DNA of 64,000 nucleotides from an uncultured Chloroflexia bacterium (GCA_963833225.1 CAWHXD010000008.1:832001-896000); one strand, 5' to 3'. Shown: positions 38,975 through 49,320, counted from the first letter of the stretch. Program-made: numbers and translations. The notes: generated by a model from the sequence alone, not told the origin.

Positions 38975-39651
38975 GACATGCAGTCCGTGCACGCGACGGC
39001 CGAGCGCACGACGACGAACGGGGACGAACCGGCGGCGTTGACCGCCCGCACCACGAACGCGAAGTAGCTGGTCCCGTCGACAGAGGCGAGGACGGGGCCA
39101 TCCACGTCGGCCTCGGGCCACTCCCACGAGACGGATCCCGGCTCGGCGGGACCCTTGGCGATCAGCGTCCGGATCTTGGCCGGGAGCGGCGTGCGGTCGG
39201 TCACGCACGGCGGGTTGTCGGCGGTCGGCTTGTTCGGGCAGGTGGTGATGCCGAACACGCGGATGGAGGTCCCCGGATCAAGGGGCATCGTCCAGGAGAC
39301 GGTGTACCGGGTCATGACGAGTCCACCCTCACCGGTCACGCCAGGGTCGACGTTGTAGTCGAGGCCATCGGGCGCGGCGGGGGGCTCGGTGGCAGCGGGA
39401 GCCGTCGCGGGCGGCTCAGTCATCGGCGGCTCGGTCGCGGCGGGCGACTCGGTGACGACCGGCGTGGCCGGCGGCTCGGACGGCGCCATGGACGCCACCG
39501 GCGAGGGCGTCGCGGACACGCTCGAGGGGCTCGCGGGCAACGACGTGGACGGCGACCCGCCGGCGGAGCATGCCGATGTGACCGTCGCGATCACGAGCGC
39601 GGCACCGACCAGGGCCGTCGCAGGCCAACGGAAGCACGGGACGAGGTGCAT
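38971..39651 (-). CDS. Putative lipoprotein with Pro/Ser/Thr-rich linker and beta-rich Cys-containing domain
   Basis: Hydrophobic leader ending TSAC, and an FnIII-like tail VVRAVNAAGSS. Confidence 0.65.
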   Translation of the reverse strand: MHLVPCFRWPATALVGAALVIATVTSACSAGGSPSTSLPASPSSVSATPSPVASMAPSEPPATPVVTESPAATEPPMTEPPATAPAATEPPAAPDGLDYNVDPGVTGEGGLVMTRYTVSWTMPLDPGTSIRVFGITTCPNKPTADNPPCVTDRTPLPAKIRTLIAKGPAEPGSVSWEWPEADVDGPVLASVDGTSYFAFVVRAVNAAGSSPFVVVRSAVACTDCMS

Positions 39652-39790
39652 CTTGGTCTCCCTCTCTTGCCTCGAGGCGGGGGCGGGGGCAACGAGCCTG
39701 CTCCCCCGATGCGGCTGGGACGGCAGTGGACGGCGGGATGCGACGTGCGAGCCGGTTTCGGCCCGACCCGGGCCGACGTGGACGCGTTCC

Positions 39791-39862
39791 CCGGCGGTTC
39801 GCCCCCGGGCTCCCGGCGGTTCGCCCTCCCGCCTCCCGGCGGTTCGCCCCTGGGCTCCCGGC
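39791..39862. repeat. Degenerate tandem repeat, 22-23 bp x3
   Basis: ccggcggttcgccc...ctc units abutting the family 2 element. Confidence 0.75.
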
Positions 39863-39989
39863 GCTCAAGCGGTTGCGCGGTGGGGCGATCCGGGCTGCTG
39901 GAGACCCATTCGTCACGCGGAGGGGATGAGGTGCGTGACACACCGGGCGCCGGGGGCCAGATTCGACTCACAACGCGCTGGTTGGGGCG
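39845..39989 (+). repeat. Dispersed ~145-bp element, family 2
   Basis: Homologous to the reverse complement of 26637..26780. Confidence 0.7.
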
Positions 39990-39997
39990 CGCACCGC

Positions 39998-40048
39998 CCG
40001 GCACGTACGACGCGCAAGGCCCGGCACGCACGACGCGCAAGGCCCGGC
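39998..40048. repeat. Tandem repeat, 23 bp x2
   Basis: ccggcacg(t/c)acgacgcgcaaggc occurs twice. Confidence 0.8.
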
Positions 40049-40086
40049 CCGGCGCGCACGGCGCCGCGGCAGCGCCGGGACCGCTG

Positions 40087-42938
40087 CTACCCGAGTGGCG
40101 CCTCGAGCTCTCCCGGGTCCGCAAACGCCGTCCCGCCCTGGCCGCGCCCCGCGAGCGCCATCGCCTGCCGGTAGACGTCGACCGCGTCGTCCGCGCAGAC
40201 CACGACCAGGTCGCCCGGGGCGCACCGCCGGAGCGCGGCCCGCACGGCAGCTGACTCCTCGAGGATCTTCTCGACCTTGATCGCGCGGGCCTCCCCCTCG
40301 CCCCGGACGGCGCGGATCCCGGCGACCACGTTGCCGGCCGTCTCGCCGGGCGCTCGACCACGCAGGTTCCGGTCCTCCCGGATCACGATCTCGTCAAAGG
40401 CGGTTGCCGCGAGCGCGCCGTACTCGCGCTGGTCCTCGTCGCGCCGGTCGCCGGGAATGCCGATGACGCCGATCGCACGCCCGCTGCGCGCAGGCACGGC
40501 GGGGCTGCCCAGCATGCCGGGCCGCGTCTGCGGCTCGACCATCATCCGGTTCACGAAGTCGGCAAGCTGCCGCATGCCGTCCACGTTGTGGCAGTAGTCG
40601 ATGACCACCCGGGTGCCGGCGACCTCGACCATGTTGAGGCGGCCGGGGGCCTGGAAGAACGACGTGGTGAAGGTGCGCAGGCCCTGGCGGATGTCGTGCA
40701 GGTGGGCCCCCATGGACCACGCGGCCGCAGCGGCGGCCAGGGCGTTGGCCACGTTCATCCGCGCGCGGCCGCCGAAGGTGGACGGCATCAGGTGCGTGTA
40801 CAGCACCGGCATCTTGCGAGGGCCGTGCTTGAGCACGATCAGCTCGCCCTGTGGCGTGTCCTCGAGGCAGAACGCGGCGTTGCCGCGGTTGGTGTGGCCG
40901 TCGACCCGGTCGTAGCCGTCCTCTCCCTTGTCCTTGGCCATGCTGAACAGCACGACCCGGCCGTCGCAATGGCGGCCCATGCGGTAGACGAGATGGTTGT
41001 CGGCGTTGAGCACGGCCGTCCCGGAGCGGGGTACCGCCTCGACGACGACGCCCTTGACCCCCGCGAGCTGGCCGACGGTATCGATGCCGCCGAGACCCAG
41101 GTGATCGCCGGTCACGTTGGTGACCACGGCCACGTCGTTGCGGTCGTAGCCCAGCCCCTCCCGCAGGATGCCGCCGCGGGCCACCTCGAACACGGCCGTG
41201 TCCACGGTCGGGTTCTGGAGCACCATCTGGGCGCTCTTGGGCCCGGACATGTCGCCGCGCTTGATCAGCCGGCCGTCGATCACGATCCCGTCGGTGGACG
41301 TCATGCCGACCCGCTTGCCCATCAGCTTGAGGATGTGGGCGATCATCCGGACGGTCGTCGTCTTGCCGTTGGTGCCGGTCACGGCAACGATCGGGATGCG
41401 CGCCGTGGCACCTGCCGGGAAGAGCAGGTCGATGACGGGCTTCGCGACGTACTGCGGCTCGCCCTCCGTGGGGTGGGTGTGCATCCGGAACCCGGGCGCC
41501 GCGTTGACCTCGACGATCCCACCACCGGTCTCGCGGACGGGGACCTCGATGTCAGGGCAGATGAAGTCGATGCCGGCGATGTCGAGGCCCACCACCAGCG
41601 CGGCGGTCTCGGCGATCTCGATGTTGTCGGGATGCGCCTCCATCGTGCGATCGATCGAGGTGCCGCCGGTCGACATGTTGCCCGTGAGGGCCAGCTTGAC
41701 GAACGCGCCCTTGTCGGGGACCGAGTCAGTGGTGTAGTCCTGTCCGGCCAGGACGCCCTCGGCGGCGGCGTCGAGGCTGATCCGGGTCAGCACCTTCTCG
41801 TGCCCGATGCCACGGCGGGGATCGGCGTTCGCCTCCTCGACCAGCTCGCGCACGGTGCTGGTGCCATCGCCGGTGACGCTGGCCGGGACCCGCTCCGCGA
41901 CCGCGGCGACCTTGCCGCCGATCACCAGGCAGCGGTAGTCGCGACCGGTGATGAAGCTCTCGACGACCACGTCCCCGCCGCGGCTCTGGCGGACCGTCTC
42001 CGGCCAGGCGGCACGGACCACGGCCTCGTCCTGCAGGTCAAGCGCGACGCCGCGGCCGTGGTTGCCGTCGAGCGGCTTGATCACGCACGGATAGCCGATC
42101 CGGCGCGCGGCGGCCACCGCGTCGTCCTCGGTGTCGACCACCTCGGAGTGCGGCACCGGGAGCCCAGCCGAGTCGAGAAGGCGGTTGGTCAGCTTCTTGT
42201 CCGACGCGATGTCGACGGCGATGCCGCCCGTCCGGCTGGTCATCGTGGCCCGGATCCGCTGCTGGTGGACGCCCTGGCCCAGCTGGACCAGGCTGTAGCG
42301 GTCGAGGCGGATGAACGGGATGTCGCGGCCGGCAGCCTCGTCGAGGAGCGCCTGGGTGGACGGCCCGAAGGCCAGCCGCTCCGCGAGCCGGATGAGGGAT
42401 TCCAGCTCGGGCACCAGTCGAACGCGAAGGCCTCGTCGTGGGGAGCCACCAGGTGGTTGACCAGCGCGACGGCCTTGCGGCCCGCCTCGAGGCCGACCTG
42501 CTCCTCGCGGTACTCGAAGATCACGTTGTAGCGGCCATGCTCACCGGTGCCGCGCGTCTTGCCGTGGCGGACCGCCATGCCGGCCAGATTCTGGAACTCG
42601 AGCGCGATGTGCTCGGCCACGTGGCCCGCCCAGGTCCCATCGCGGAGCCGGGTGATGAAGCCGCCGCGGCGGCCGAGCGAGCAGGCGTGGTCCTCGAGGC
42701 TGGGGAGGATCTCCACCAGGGCATCCACGAAGCCGGGGATCGTGTTGCTCGGGTACTCCTCCAGCACACCCAGGTCCACGACCTCTCGGATCACGGGCTC
42801 GCGGGCCCAGTAGTTGGCACCGCGCAGGACACGGGTCTCGAGGATGCGCAGGGTGGGTTGCGGGCCAGCGGCCGTTGGCTCGGGGGCGGCGGCGCGCGAT
42901 CGCGACCGCTTCGGGGTACCGGGATCCGCCTGGGACAC
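40087..42938 (-). CDS. cphA: Cyanophycin synthetase CphA1, frameshift near 42415
   Basis: N domain with C-x19-HxxEH, FGPST, ATP-grasp KPLDGNHGRGV / EVNAAPGFRMH, and M domain TGTNGKTT, EVARGG, PGRLN, DYCHN. Confidence 0.95.
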
Positions 42939-43046
42939 TGGTCCCTCCTCGACTGCGTGGGACCGGAGTGTACGCGCTGGGAATGTCCGGGTGGCGGAGC
43001 GCGCCGGAGGCGCCCGGTGGCGGGAGCACGGCGCGCGGGCGCCGGG

Positions 43047-43877
43047 TCAGCTCGAGGCGATCTCGCCCTGGATCGACTGCAGGTTCGGTCCCACGACACG
43101 CGTCCGCCGGCGCAGGTCGAAGCGGTAGCCGTCCGGCAGGCTGTGGAGCACGACCCCGCTGATCATCAGGGGGCGATGGCCCCGGATCTCCCAGGCGTCG
43201 GTCTCGGACGCCGCGCCGTCGACGACGGTGATCGAGCCACGGCCGATGACCTCCATCACCTGGTCCGGGCCGACGACGCCCGCGGTGTCCTCGTCCACGC
43301 CAAGGCCGAGGAGCGACGGGTTCTGGGCGATCAGCGACAGCAGCGCCCCAGGCGGTTGCGCTGCTGGAAGTGCTGGTCGACGATGACGCCCGGCAGCAGC
43401 CCGAGACCCGCCGCGATCTGGGCCATCCGATGCTTGGGCGTGGCGCCCGAGGCCCCAAAGGCGATCATGTGCGACGATCGCGCTTGCGCCCGCCGAGGTC
43501 CCGGCGACGACGGCGCCCGTCATGAACCGGGACATGATCGCCTCCGCGAGACGCGTCCCGCCCAGCATCGACGACAGTCGCAGCTGGTTGCCGCCGGTCA
43601 TGAAGATGCCGCTCGACTCGCCCACGATCCGGGCGTTGTGCTCGTCGTTGGCCTGCATCCGGGTCACCGCGTTGAGCGGCACGACCTCGCCGGCGCCGAG
43701 CTCGGTAAACACGGAGCGGTAGCGATCCCCGGCCTCCATCCCGAACGAGCTGGCCGTGGCGATCACCGCGATCTTCGCCTCAGGGCCGCCGGCGAGCGCG
43801 ACGAACCGGCCGAGGATGACCCGGTCGCGAACCTTGTCCTCCGCTCCGCCGATGACGATCACGGTTCCGTGCGGCAT
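43047..43877 (-). CDS. cphB: Cyanophycinase (two compensating frameshifts, ~43480 and ~43350)
   Basis: IGGAEDK, MTGGNQ, GTSAGA (Ser). Catalytic DQHFQQRNR is in an alternate frame. GVDEDT. Confidence 0.92.
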   Translation of the reverse strand: MPHGTVIVIGGAEDKVRDRVILGRFVALAGGPEAKIAVIATASSFGMEAGDRYRSVFTELGAGEVVPLNAVTRMQANDEHNARIVGESSGIFMTGGNQLRLSSMLGGTRLAEAIMSRFMTGAVVAGTSAGASAIVAHDRLWGLGRHAQASDGPDRGGSRAAAGRHRRPALPAAQPPGALLSLIAQNPSLLGLGVDEDTAGVVGPDQVMEVIGRGSITVVDGAASETDAWEIRGHRPLMISGVVLHSLPDGYRFDLRRRTRVVGPNLQSIQGEIASS

Positions 43878-43997
43878 GGTCCCGGGAGTCTAGCAGCGCC
43901 TCGTTGAAGCCCAGACGTCCCGAGGTGGCGGGGCCGCGTACCCTCGTGAACGATTCATGCTCGCCGATCGTCAGGTCGTATGAGCGGAGGCGGATCG

Positions 43998-44567
43998 ATG
44001 CTGGGGAGCCTCGTGGGGGAACCGGTGATGAAGCGGGAACGGCCGGCTGTGGTGCGGGTCGCCGACGAACGCGCCCACGCGTTCCGCCAGCTCGTCGACC
44101 GGCAGCTCGACGGGGCGTACCGCCTCGCGGCCGTCATCCTCGGCGACCGGGTCGAGGCCGAGGACGCCGTCCACGACGCCGCTGTATCCGCCTGGAGGAC
44201 GTTCGACGACCTGCGGGATGCCGCCCGGTTTGAGGCATGGTTCCAGCGGATCCTCGTCAACGGGTGCCGAGACCGTCTCCGGGCGCGGGCGAGACGCCGC
44301 GTGGTGGATCTCGGGCGCGAGCTGGGTGAGAGCGAGCATCCCAGCGTGGCCGATGCCTCAGAATCCACCGCGACCCGCGACGCGCTCGAGCGGGCGCTGG
44401 GCGTGCTCGACGCCGACCACCAGGTCGTGGTGGCGCTGCGGTTCGGGGCGGACCTGACGGTTCCGCTGATCGCCGCGACGCTCGGGATCCCCGAGGGGAC
44501 GGTGAAGTCGCGGCTCCACCACGCCCTCGGCCGCCTGCGCGCGGCGATGCGGGAGGCCGACCGATGA
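43998..44567 (+). CDS. ECF RNA polymerase sigma factor
   Basis: AEDAVHDA, WFQRILVN, GTVKSRLH. GGAGG RBS. Confidence 0.93.
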   Translation: MLGSLVGEPVMKRERPAVVRVADERAHAFRQLVDRQLDGAYRLAAVILGDRVEAEDAVHDAAVSAWRTFDDLRDAARFEAWFQRILVNGCRDRLRARARRRVVDLGRELGESEHPSVADASESTATRDALERALGVLDADHQVVVALRFGADLTVPLIAATLGIPEGTVKSRLHHALGRLRAAMREADR

Positions 44568-45556
44568 GTGAGCTCGAGACCCGCGAAGCTCGCCTCGAGC
44601 GCGAGCTGCGGGAGGTCTTCGGAGACCGGAAGCCCGACTCGGCACCCTACGGGCTGCGCGGTCGCGTCGGCCGGATCCCCGACGAGGTCGGCTTGTCGGT
44701 CGCGGGGCGAGCCCACCTGGCGCGGGTGATCCCGCTCCTCGCGGCCGCCGCGGCCGTCGGCGTGCTGGTGACGATCGGGAACGGCCTGCTGGCCGGGCTG
44801 GGCGGACCGCGAACGGTGTCGGGGCTCGGTGCGTCGGTCGCGCCGCTGGTGTCGTTCGATCCGCACCTGGTGGGCCCGGGCGTGGCCGCCACGCCGGCCG
44901 GGGATCCGGGATGGCTGGTGGTCGTCGGACTGATCCTGCTCGCGGTGGCCGGCCTGACCACGAAGGGATGGTGGCGGGTGCTGCCGGTGGCGGGTGCCGG
45001 GATCCTCGCCGCCTACGCGCTGGTCGCATCGCTGCTGCCGGTCAGCATCGGCGATCGCGGCTTCGGTCAGGGCATCGCGACCACGATGGCCGAGGAATCG
45101 CCCGCCTCGGACGAGGTCATCGTGTTCGAACACGCCGCGGCCGGGGAGCCGTTCTCGGTCCACCTGTTCCTCTACCCGGACTCGCCGGTGCCGATCACGC
45201 TCGAGGGCATCGTGGTGCCCTTCTTCGACGAGCAGACGCCGGTCGGGTACCCCCTGTGGCAGGCAGTCTGGCTCGACGAGGCGCGGAACTCCGGGTCTGG
45301 AGGTGCAGATGGCCCCGGGCGGCCGTTCGAGCCGGTCGTGATGGATGACGGCACCGGGGCGGTCATCTGGCTGGTCGGCCGTGCCGGGATGTGCGCCATG
45401 GGACCGGCGTTCGACCCGCAGCACCCGGCTCCAGGCAACGACTATGCCGTCCTCACCGAGATCACGTTCCAGGTGCGGGTCCTGGGCTGGCCACGCACCG
45501 TGACCATGCCGCTCCCGTTCCGGCTTGCCGAGCCGATGGGGACCTGCCCTCCCTGA
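44564..45556 (+). CDS. Putative membrane anti-sigma factor
   Basis: ATGA-coupled to the ECF gene. Short charged N-terminus, TM helices and an extracytoplasmic domain. Confidence 0.65.
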   Translation: MSELETREARLERELREVFGDRKPDSAPYGLRGRVGRIPDEVGLSVAGRAHLARVIPLLAAAAAVGVLVTIGNGLLAGLGGPRTVSGLGASVAPLVSFDPHLVGPGVAATPAGDPGWLVVVGLILLAVAGLTTKGWWRVLPVAGAGILAAYALVASLLPVSIGDRGFGQGIATTMAEESPASDEVIVFEHAAAGEPFSVHLFLYPDSPVPITLEGIVVPFFDEQTPVGYPLWQAVWLDEARNSGSGGADGPGRPFEPVVMDDGTGAVIWLVGRAGMCAMGPAFDPQHPAPGNDYAVLTEITFQVRVLGWPRTVTMPLPFRLAEPMGTCPP

Positions 45557-45560
45557 TCGG

Positions 45561-45839
45561 TCAGCGCCGGATCTCTCGCTCGTACGCCGGGAAGTAGTGC
45601 CCGATCACCGGCAGCTCGAACCGGCGCAGGATCGAGGTCTTGGGCTCGCGGGCAAGCAGGAACGCGAACGAGCGCTCGACGAGGTCGACAGGGTCCGCGG
45701 CGCCGGGCGCCAGCCGCTCGAGGTCGGCGTCGGGCACGGAGACCTCGTGTGTCGTCGGGGCACCGGGACCGCCGACCGTCACGCGGCAGGTCCAGCCGCC
45801 CGGCGCGGGCTCGCAGGTCACTTCGACGGGATCAGCCAT
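45561..45839 (-). CDS. Small hypothetical protein
   Basis: 92 aa with conserved-looking SFAFLLAREPKTSIL...IGHYFPAYE segment. Confidence 0.7.
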   Translation of the reverse strand: MADPVEVTCEPAPGGWTCRVTVGGPGAPTTHEVSVPDADLERLAPGAADPVDLVERSFAFLLAREPKTSILRRFELPVIGHYFPAYEREIRR

Positions 45840-45942
45840 CAACGGGAGCATCGCACAGGGACGCGAAGGGCGGCAGCACCGGTGAACCGGCGCTGCCGCC
45901 ACGGGCGGGACGCGTGGGACGCGGGACGCTGGGGACGCGCGA

Positions 45943-46581
45943 TCAGGACCCCGCGGGCTCCGGCTCGGTGACGACCTCCTCGCCGTCGGCCGGGAGGCCC
46001 AGGAGCATCAGGAACCGGGTGAACATGGCAACCCCGGTGATCCCGATCAGCACGATGCTGCCCCACAGGATCGGCTCTGCCAGGCCGAGGTTCGAGGTGC
46101 TGATGAGCGCGCTCGGCAGGTCACCGAGATACGCCTGGTCGGCGGCCTCCATGCCGTACACCTGGGGGACGATGTAGAGCACGGACGCGATGATCAGGAG
46201 CACGCTCATCAGGCGGTAGTCGGACGGGTTCTCGTCCGGGTCACGGATGATCTTGACGACGGCGGCCCAGAACAGGACGAGGGCGGCAATCGGCGCCGTG
46301 ATCGGGGCGCCCACCTTGAGGTACAGGTTGGGAAACAGGAACACGATCGACAGGCAGAGCGTGATCACCAGCAGGGCGTCCCGGGTCAGCACGTAGCTCA
46401 GCCACCAGACGTCACCGCCGAAGCGGAGGGTGAGCTTCTGGAGGAACCGCAGCACGTACGGCCGGGCGAAATGGAGCGACAGGGTGAAGGCCCACAGGAT
46501 GGGCAGCACGGCCGCAACCGAGAGCATCATCCATTCGGAGCCACCGGAGGTGAAGGCGGCGGCGAGATCGTCGGCAGACAT
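45943..46581 (-). CDS. Unknown multi-pass membrane protein (paralog B)
   Basis: ~5 TM. LHFARPY...KLTLRFGGDVWWLSYVLTRD. Confidence 0.85.
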   Translation of the reverse strand: MSADDLAAAFTSGGSEWMMLSVAAVLPILWAFTLSLHFARPYVLRFLQKLTLRFGGDVWWLSYVLTRDALLVITLCLSIVFLFPNLYLKVGAPITAPIAALVLFWAAVVKIIRDPDENPSDYRLMSVLLIIASVLYIVPQVYGMEAADQAYLGDLPSALISTSNLGLAEPILWGSIVLIGITGVAMFTRFLMLLGLPADGEEVVTEPEPAGS

Positions 46582-46591
46582 TCGGGACTCC

Positions 46592-47203
46592 TTACGCGGC
46601 CCGCGACGGCTTGGTCGCGGAGAGGCGGAGGTTGTAGATCGCCGCGCCGATGCCCATCACGCCGATCAGGGCAGCGGACAGGTAGCAGAGCGGCAGCGCG
46701 AGGTCCGGGTTCCGGGACGACACCAGGAAGTCCGCCGCCTGGGCCGACAGGTTGCCGTTGAACATCGTCATCTGGGTCCCGAACAGGTAGGGCGTGATGT
46801 ACAGGGCCGCGCCGAGACCGACCAGCAGGACCTGGAGCCGCATCGAGCGCAGGTCCGCGTCACCCTTGGTCATCAGCTTGAGCAGCAGCGCGGCGAACGC
46901 GCAGGCCGCCGCCAGGCCGCCGGTGATCGGCAGGTCCTGGCCCGAGACGACGTCGGGATACAGGTAGATGATCGAGCCCAGGAACACCTGGAGCAGCAGC
47001 AGGTCGCGCAGGGCGACGTAGACGATCCACCACAGGTCGGCGCCGAGGCGAAGCGTGAACTTGCCCGTGGTCCGCACCATGTACGGCCGCGCCACGTGGA
47101 GGGCCACGGAGAGGATCCAGAGGATGACGAGCGCCGCGGCAATCGTCCCCTCCACGAAGCCCTCTCCGGCATCGAAGAAGCCGGAGACCTGGTCCGGAGT
47201 CAC
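46592..47203 (-). CDS. Unknown multi-pass membrane protein (paralog A)
   Basis: GTG overlaps the upstream TGA. LHVARPY...KFTLRLGADLWWIVYVALRD. Confidence 0.85.
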   Translation of the reverse strand: MTPDQVSGFFDAGEGFVEGTIAAALVILWILSVALHVARPYMVRTTGKFTLRLGADLWWIVYVALRDLLLLQVFLGSIIYLYPDVVSGQDLPITGGLAAACAFAALLLKLMTKGDADLRSMRLQVLLVGLGAALYITPYLFGTQMTMFNGNLSAQAADFLVSSRNPDLALPLCYLSAALIGVMGIGAAIYNLRLSATKPSRAA

Positions 47204-49206
47204 TGCGCACCTCCTGGCGTGCTGGTGGTCGCGTGCGACGCGGACGTCGCGGGCACACGGTTCGGGGTTGGGATGGATGGTCCGGTCCGGCTGTCGGCGG
47301 GGCCGCGACCGGCCGCGACCGAGACGGACGGGCACCCGTAGACGGCATCGCACCGGAAGCAGCGGGACGCCTCGGCGCGGGCGGCCGCCTCGTCGAACCC
47401 GGGCTGGGTCGCCCGGAAGGAGACGGTGTCCACGACCGGCAGGGCGGGATGGGTCCGGGCCCGCTCGGCGATGTCGAGACGGAGCGACGGCTCGGGAGGC
47501 GTCCGGTAGCGGACGGTGTCGAGAATCTCGGCTTCACCTTCCGTCACGCCCGCGAGGTACTCGTGGACGGACGCCGCGGCGCGGCGCCCGGCGGCGACCG
47601 CATCGATGATGGTCTTGGGGCCCGACACGACGTCGCCACCCGCGAAGATCCCGGCCCGGCCGGTGGCAAGGGTCCGGGGATCGGCGACGATCCCGGCCCA
47701 GCCGCTGACCTCGATCCCGGCGCCCTCGGGGAGGATCGACGGATCGGGCTCCTCGCCAATCGCGACGAGGATCGACGAAGCCGCGATCTCGTGGGTGTCG
47801 CCGACGGGTTCCCAGGTGGCGCGACCGCCATCTGGCGCAGGTGCCGCAGGCCGCATCACGTCGAACCGGAGGGCAACGACGGCGCTGTCCCGGCCGACCA
47901 CCTCGCGCGGCGCCAGCCCCTCGAGGACGACGATGCCCTCGCGCTCGGCCGCCTCGACCTCCTCCGCCTGGGCCGGCATCTCGGCGCGTCCGCGGCGGTA
48001 CACGATCGTGACCGAGGCCGCCCCGCTCCGGCGAGCCGAGCGTGCCGCGTCCATGGCGGTGCTGCCACCGCCGACCACAAGCACGTCGCCCGCGAGCCGC
48101 GGATCCTCGCCGAGGTTGACCTCCTTGAGGAAGCGCGTGGCCGGGATCACGCCCCGGAGCTCGTCCCCGGGGACCCCGAGGCGGCGGCTCTTTGACGCGC
48201 CCGTCGCGAGGAAGATCGCCCGGAACCCTTCCTGCTCAAGGTCGGCGATGCCGAAGTCGCGCCCCATCACGCTGTTCAGACGGAGCTCCACGCCGGCGTC
48301 GACGATCCGCTTGAGCTCCGCCTGCAGGACCTCGCGGGGCAGCCGGTACTCGGGGATGCCGATGGCCATCATGCCGCCCGGGATGGGCATCGCCTCGAGC
48401 ACCGTCACCGGGTAGCCGAGGCGGGCCAGGTACCAGGCGGCCGACATGCCGGCCGGGCCGCCGCCGACGATGGCAACGCGCTCGGTCCGGCGACGGGCCG
48501 GGGGCGGGACGGCGGGCAGCGAGCCATTCTCCACGGCGTAGCGCTTGAGGCCGCGGATGGCGATCGGCTCGTCGAGGACGCCGCGGCGGCACGCCGCCTC
48601 GCACGGGGCCGTGCAGATCCAGCCGCACACGGACGGGAACGGGTTGACCTCGGCGGCGACGGCGTATGCGTCGGCATACTTGCCCGCAGCCACCAGCCCG
48701 ACATAGCGGCCGGCGTCGGTGCCGGCCGGGCAGGCCGCCTGGCACGGCGCGGCGGGCGTGGCCGGCCGCTCGTCGACCATCGTGGTCCAGACCTGCCACG
48801 GCTGCGGCCGCGATCGGGTCCGCCACGGGAACAGGTCGCCCCACGGGGAGTCATGGCGGGGCTTGAGCGCTTCGCGGGTCACGGCGGACAGTGGGAGCCA
48901 GCCGTCGTGGGCGGGGACCGGGCGGTCGATCGGCCCCTGGCGCTCGGCAAGCGGCACGGCGCCGTCCATCGTCGCGAGGCTCATCACCATCGGCGGGCAT
49001 TCGCGGATGCAGATGCCGCAGCCGATGCACTCGCCCACCTGGAGCGGCTGCTCCATGGCCCACGGCAGCGGCGCGCCGGGGCCCGGCCCGGTCTCGATGC
49101 CCGGGGCCTTGGGCCGGGTCATGTCGAGCGCCTCGACCGGGCAGACGTCCATGCAGATGCCGCAGGTCATGCAGCCCTGCTGGTCGATGTCGATGCGATA
49201 GCCCAT
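47200..49206 (-). CDS. GltD/SfrB-like FAD- and NAD(P)H-dependent Fe-S oxidoreductase with N-terminal 2x[4Fe-4S] ferredoxin
   Basis: CMTCGICMDVCP, CIGCGICIRECP, PCQAACP, CGWICTAPCEAAC, GGGPAG, GIPEYRLP, GGGSTAMD, YRR, EASRCFRC. AAGGAGG RBS. Confidence 0.92.
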   Translation of the reverse strand: MGYRIDIDQQGCMTCGICMDVCPVEALDMTRPKAPGIETGPGPGAPLPWAMEQPLQVGECIGCGICIRECPPMVMSLATMDGAVPLAERQGPIDRPVPAHDGWLPLSAVTREALKPRHDSPWGDLFPWRTRSRPQPWQVWTTMVDERPATPAAPCQAACPAGTDAGRYVGLVAAGKYADAYAVAAEVNPFPSVCGWICTAPCEAACRRGVLDEPIAIRGLKRYAVENGSLPAVPPPARRRTERVAIVGGGPAGMSAAWYLARLGYPVTVLEAMPIPGGMMAIGIPEYRLPREVLQAELKRIVDAGVELRLNSVMGRDFGIADLEQEGFRAIFLATGASKSRRLGVPGDELRGVIPATRFLKEVNLGEDPRLAGDVLVVGGGSTAMDAARSARRSGAASVTIVYRRGRAEMPAQAEEVEAAEREGIVVLEGLAPREVVGRDSAVVALRFDVMRPAAPAPDGGRATWEPVGDTHEIAASSILVAIGEEPDPSILPEGAGIEVSGWAGIVADPRTLATGRAGIFAGGDVVSGPKTIIDAVAAGRRAAASVHEYLAGVTEGEAEILDTVRYRTPPEPSLRLDIAERARTHPALPVVDTVSFRATQPGFDEAAARAEASRCFRCDAVYGCPSVSVAAGRGPADSRTGPSIPTPNRVPATSASHATTSTPGGAQ

Positions 49207-49302
49207 GGGCTGCCTCCTTGGATCGCCGGTCCGCGCCGCGTCGTGATCCGAGGATCGGCGCCCGGCCGCTCCAGCGCCACGTCCATCGGGGCGGGCGGGA
49301 GG

Positions 49303-49320
49303 CCTACCCGACTGGGTGGG
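49303..49320. promoter_or_regulatory. Near-palindrome upstream of the oxidoreductase operon, candidate response-regulator site
   Basis: CCTACCC-GACT-GGGTGGG about 100 bp upstream of the ATG. Confidence 0.3.

Noticed and set aside
47200-49206. Calling the oxidoreductase gltD or dsrL
   Set aside because: No gltB or dsr genes are adjacent, and the extra ferredoxin domain is N-terminal. No gene symbol assigned.
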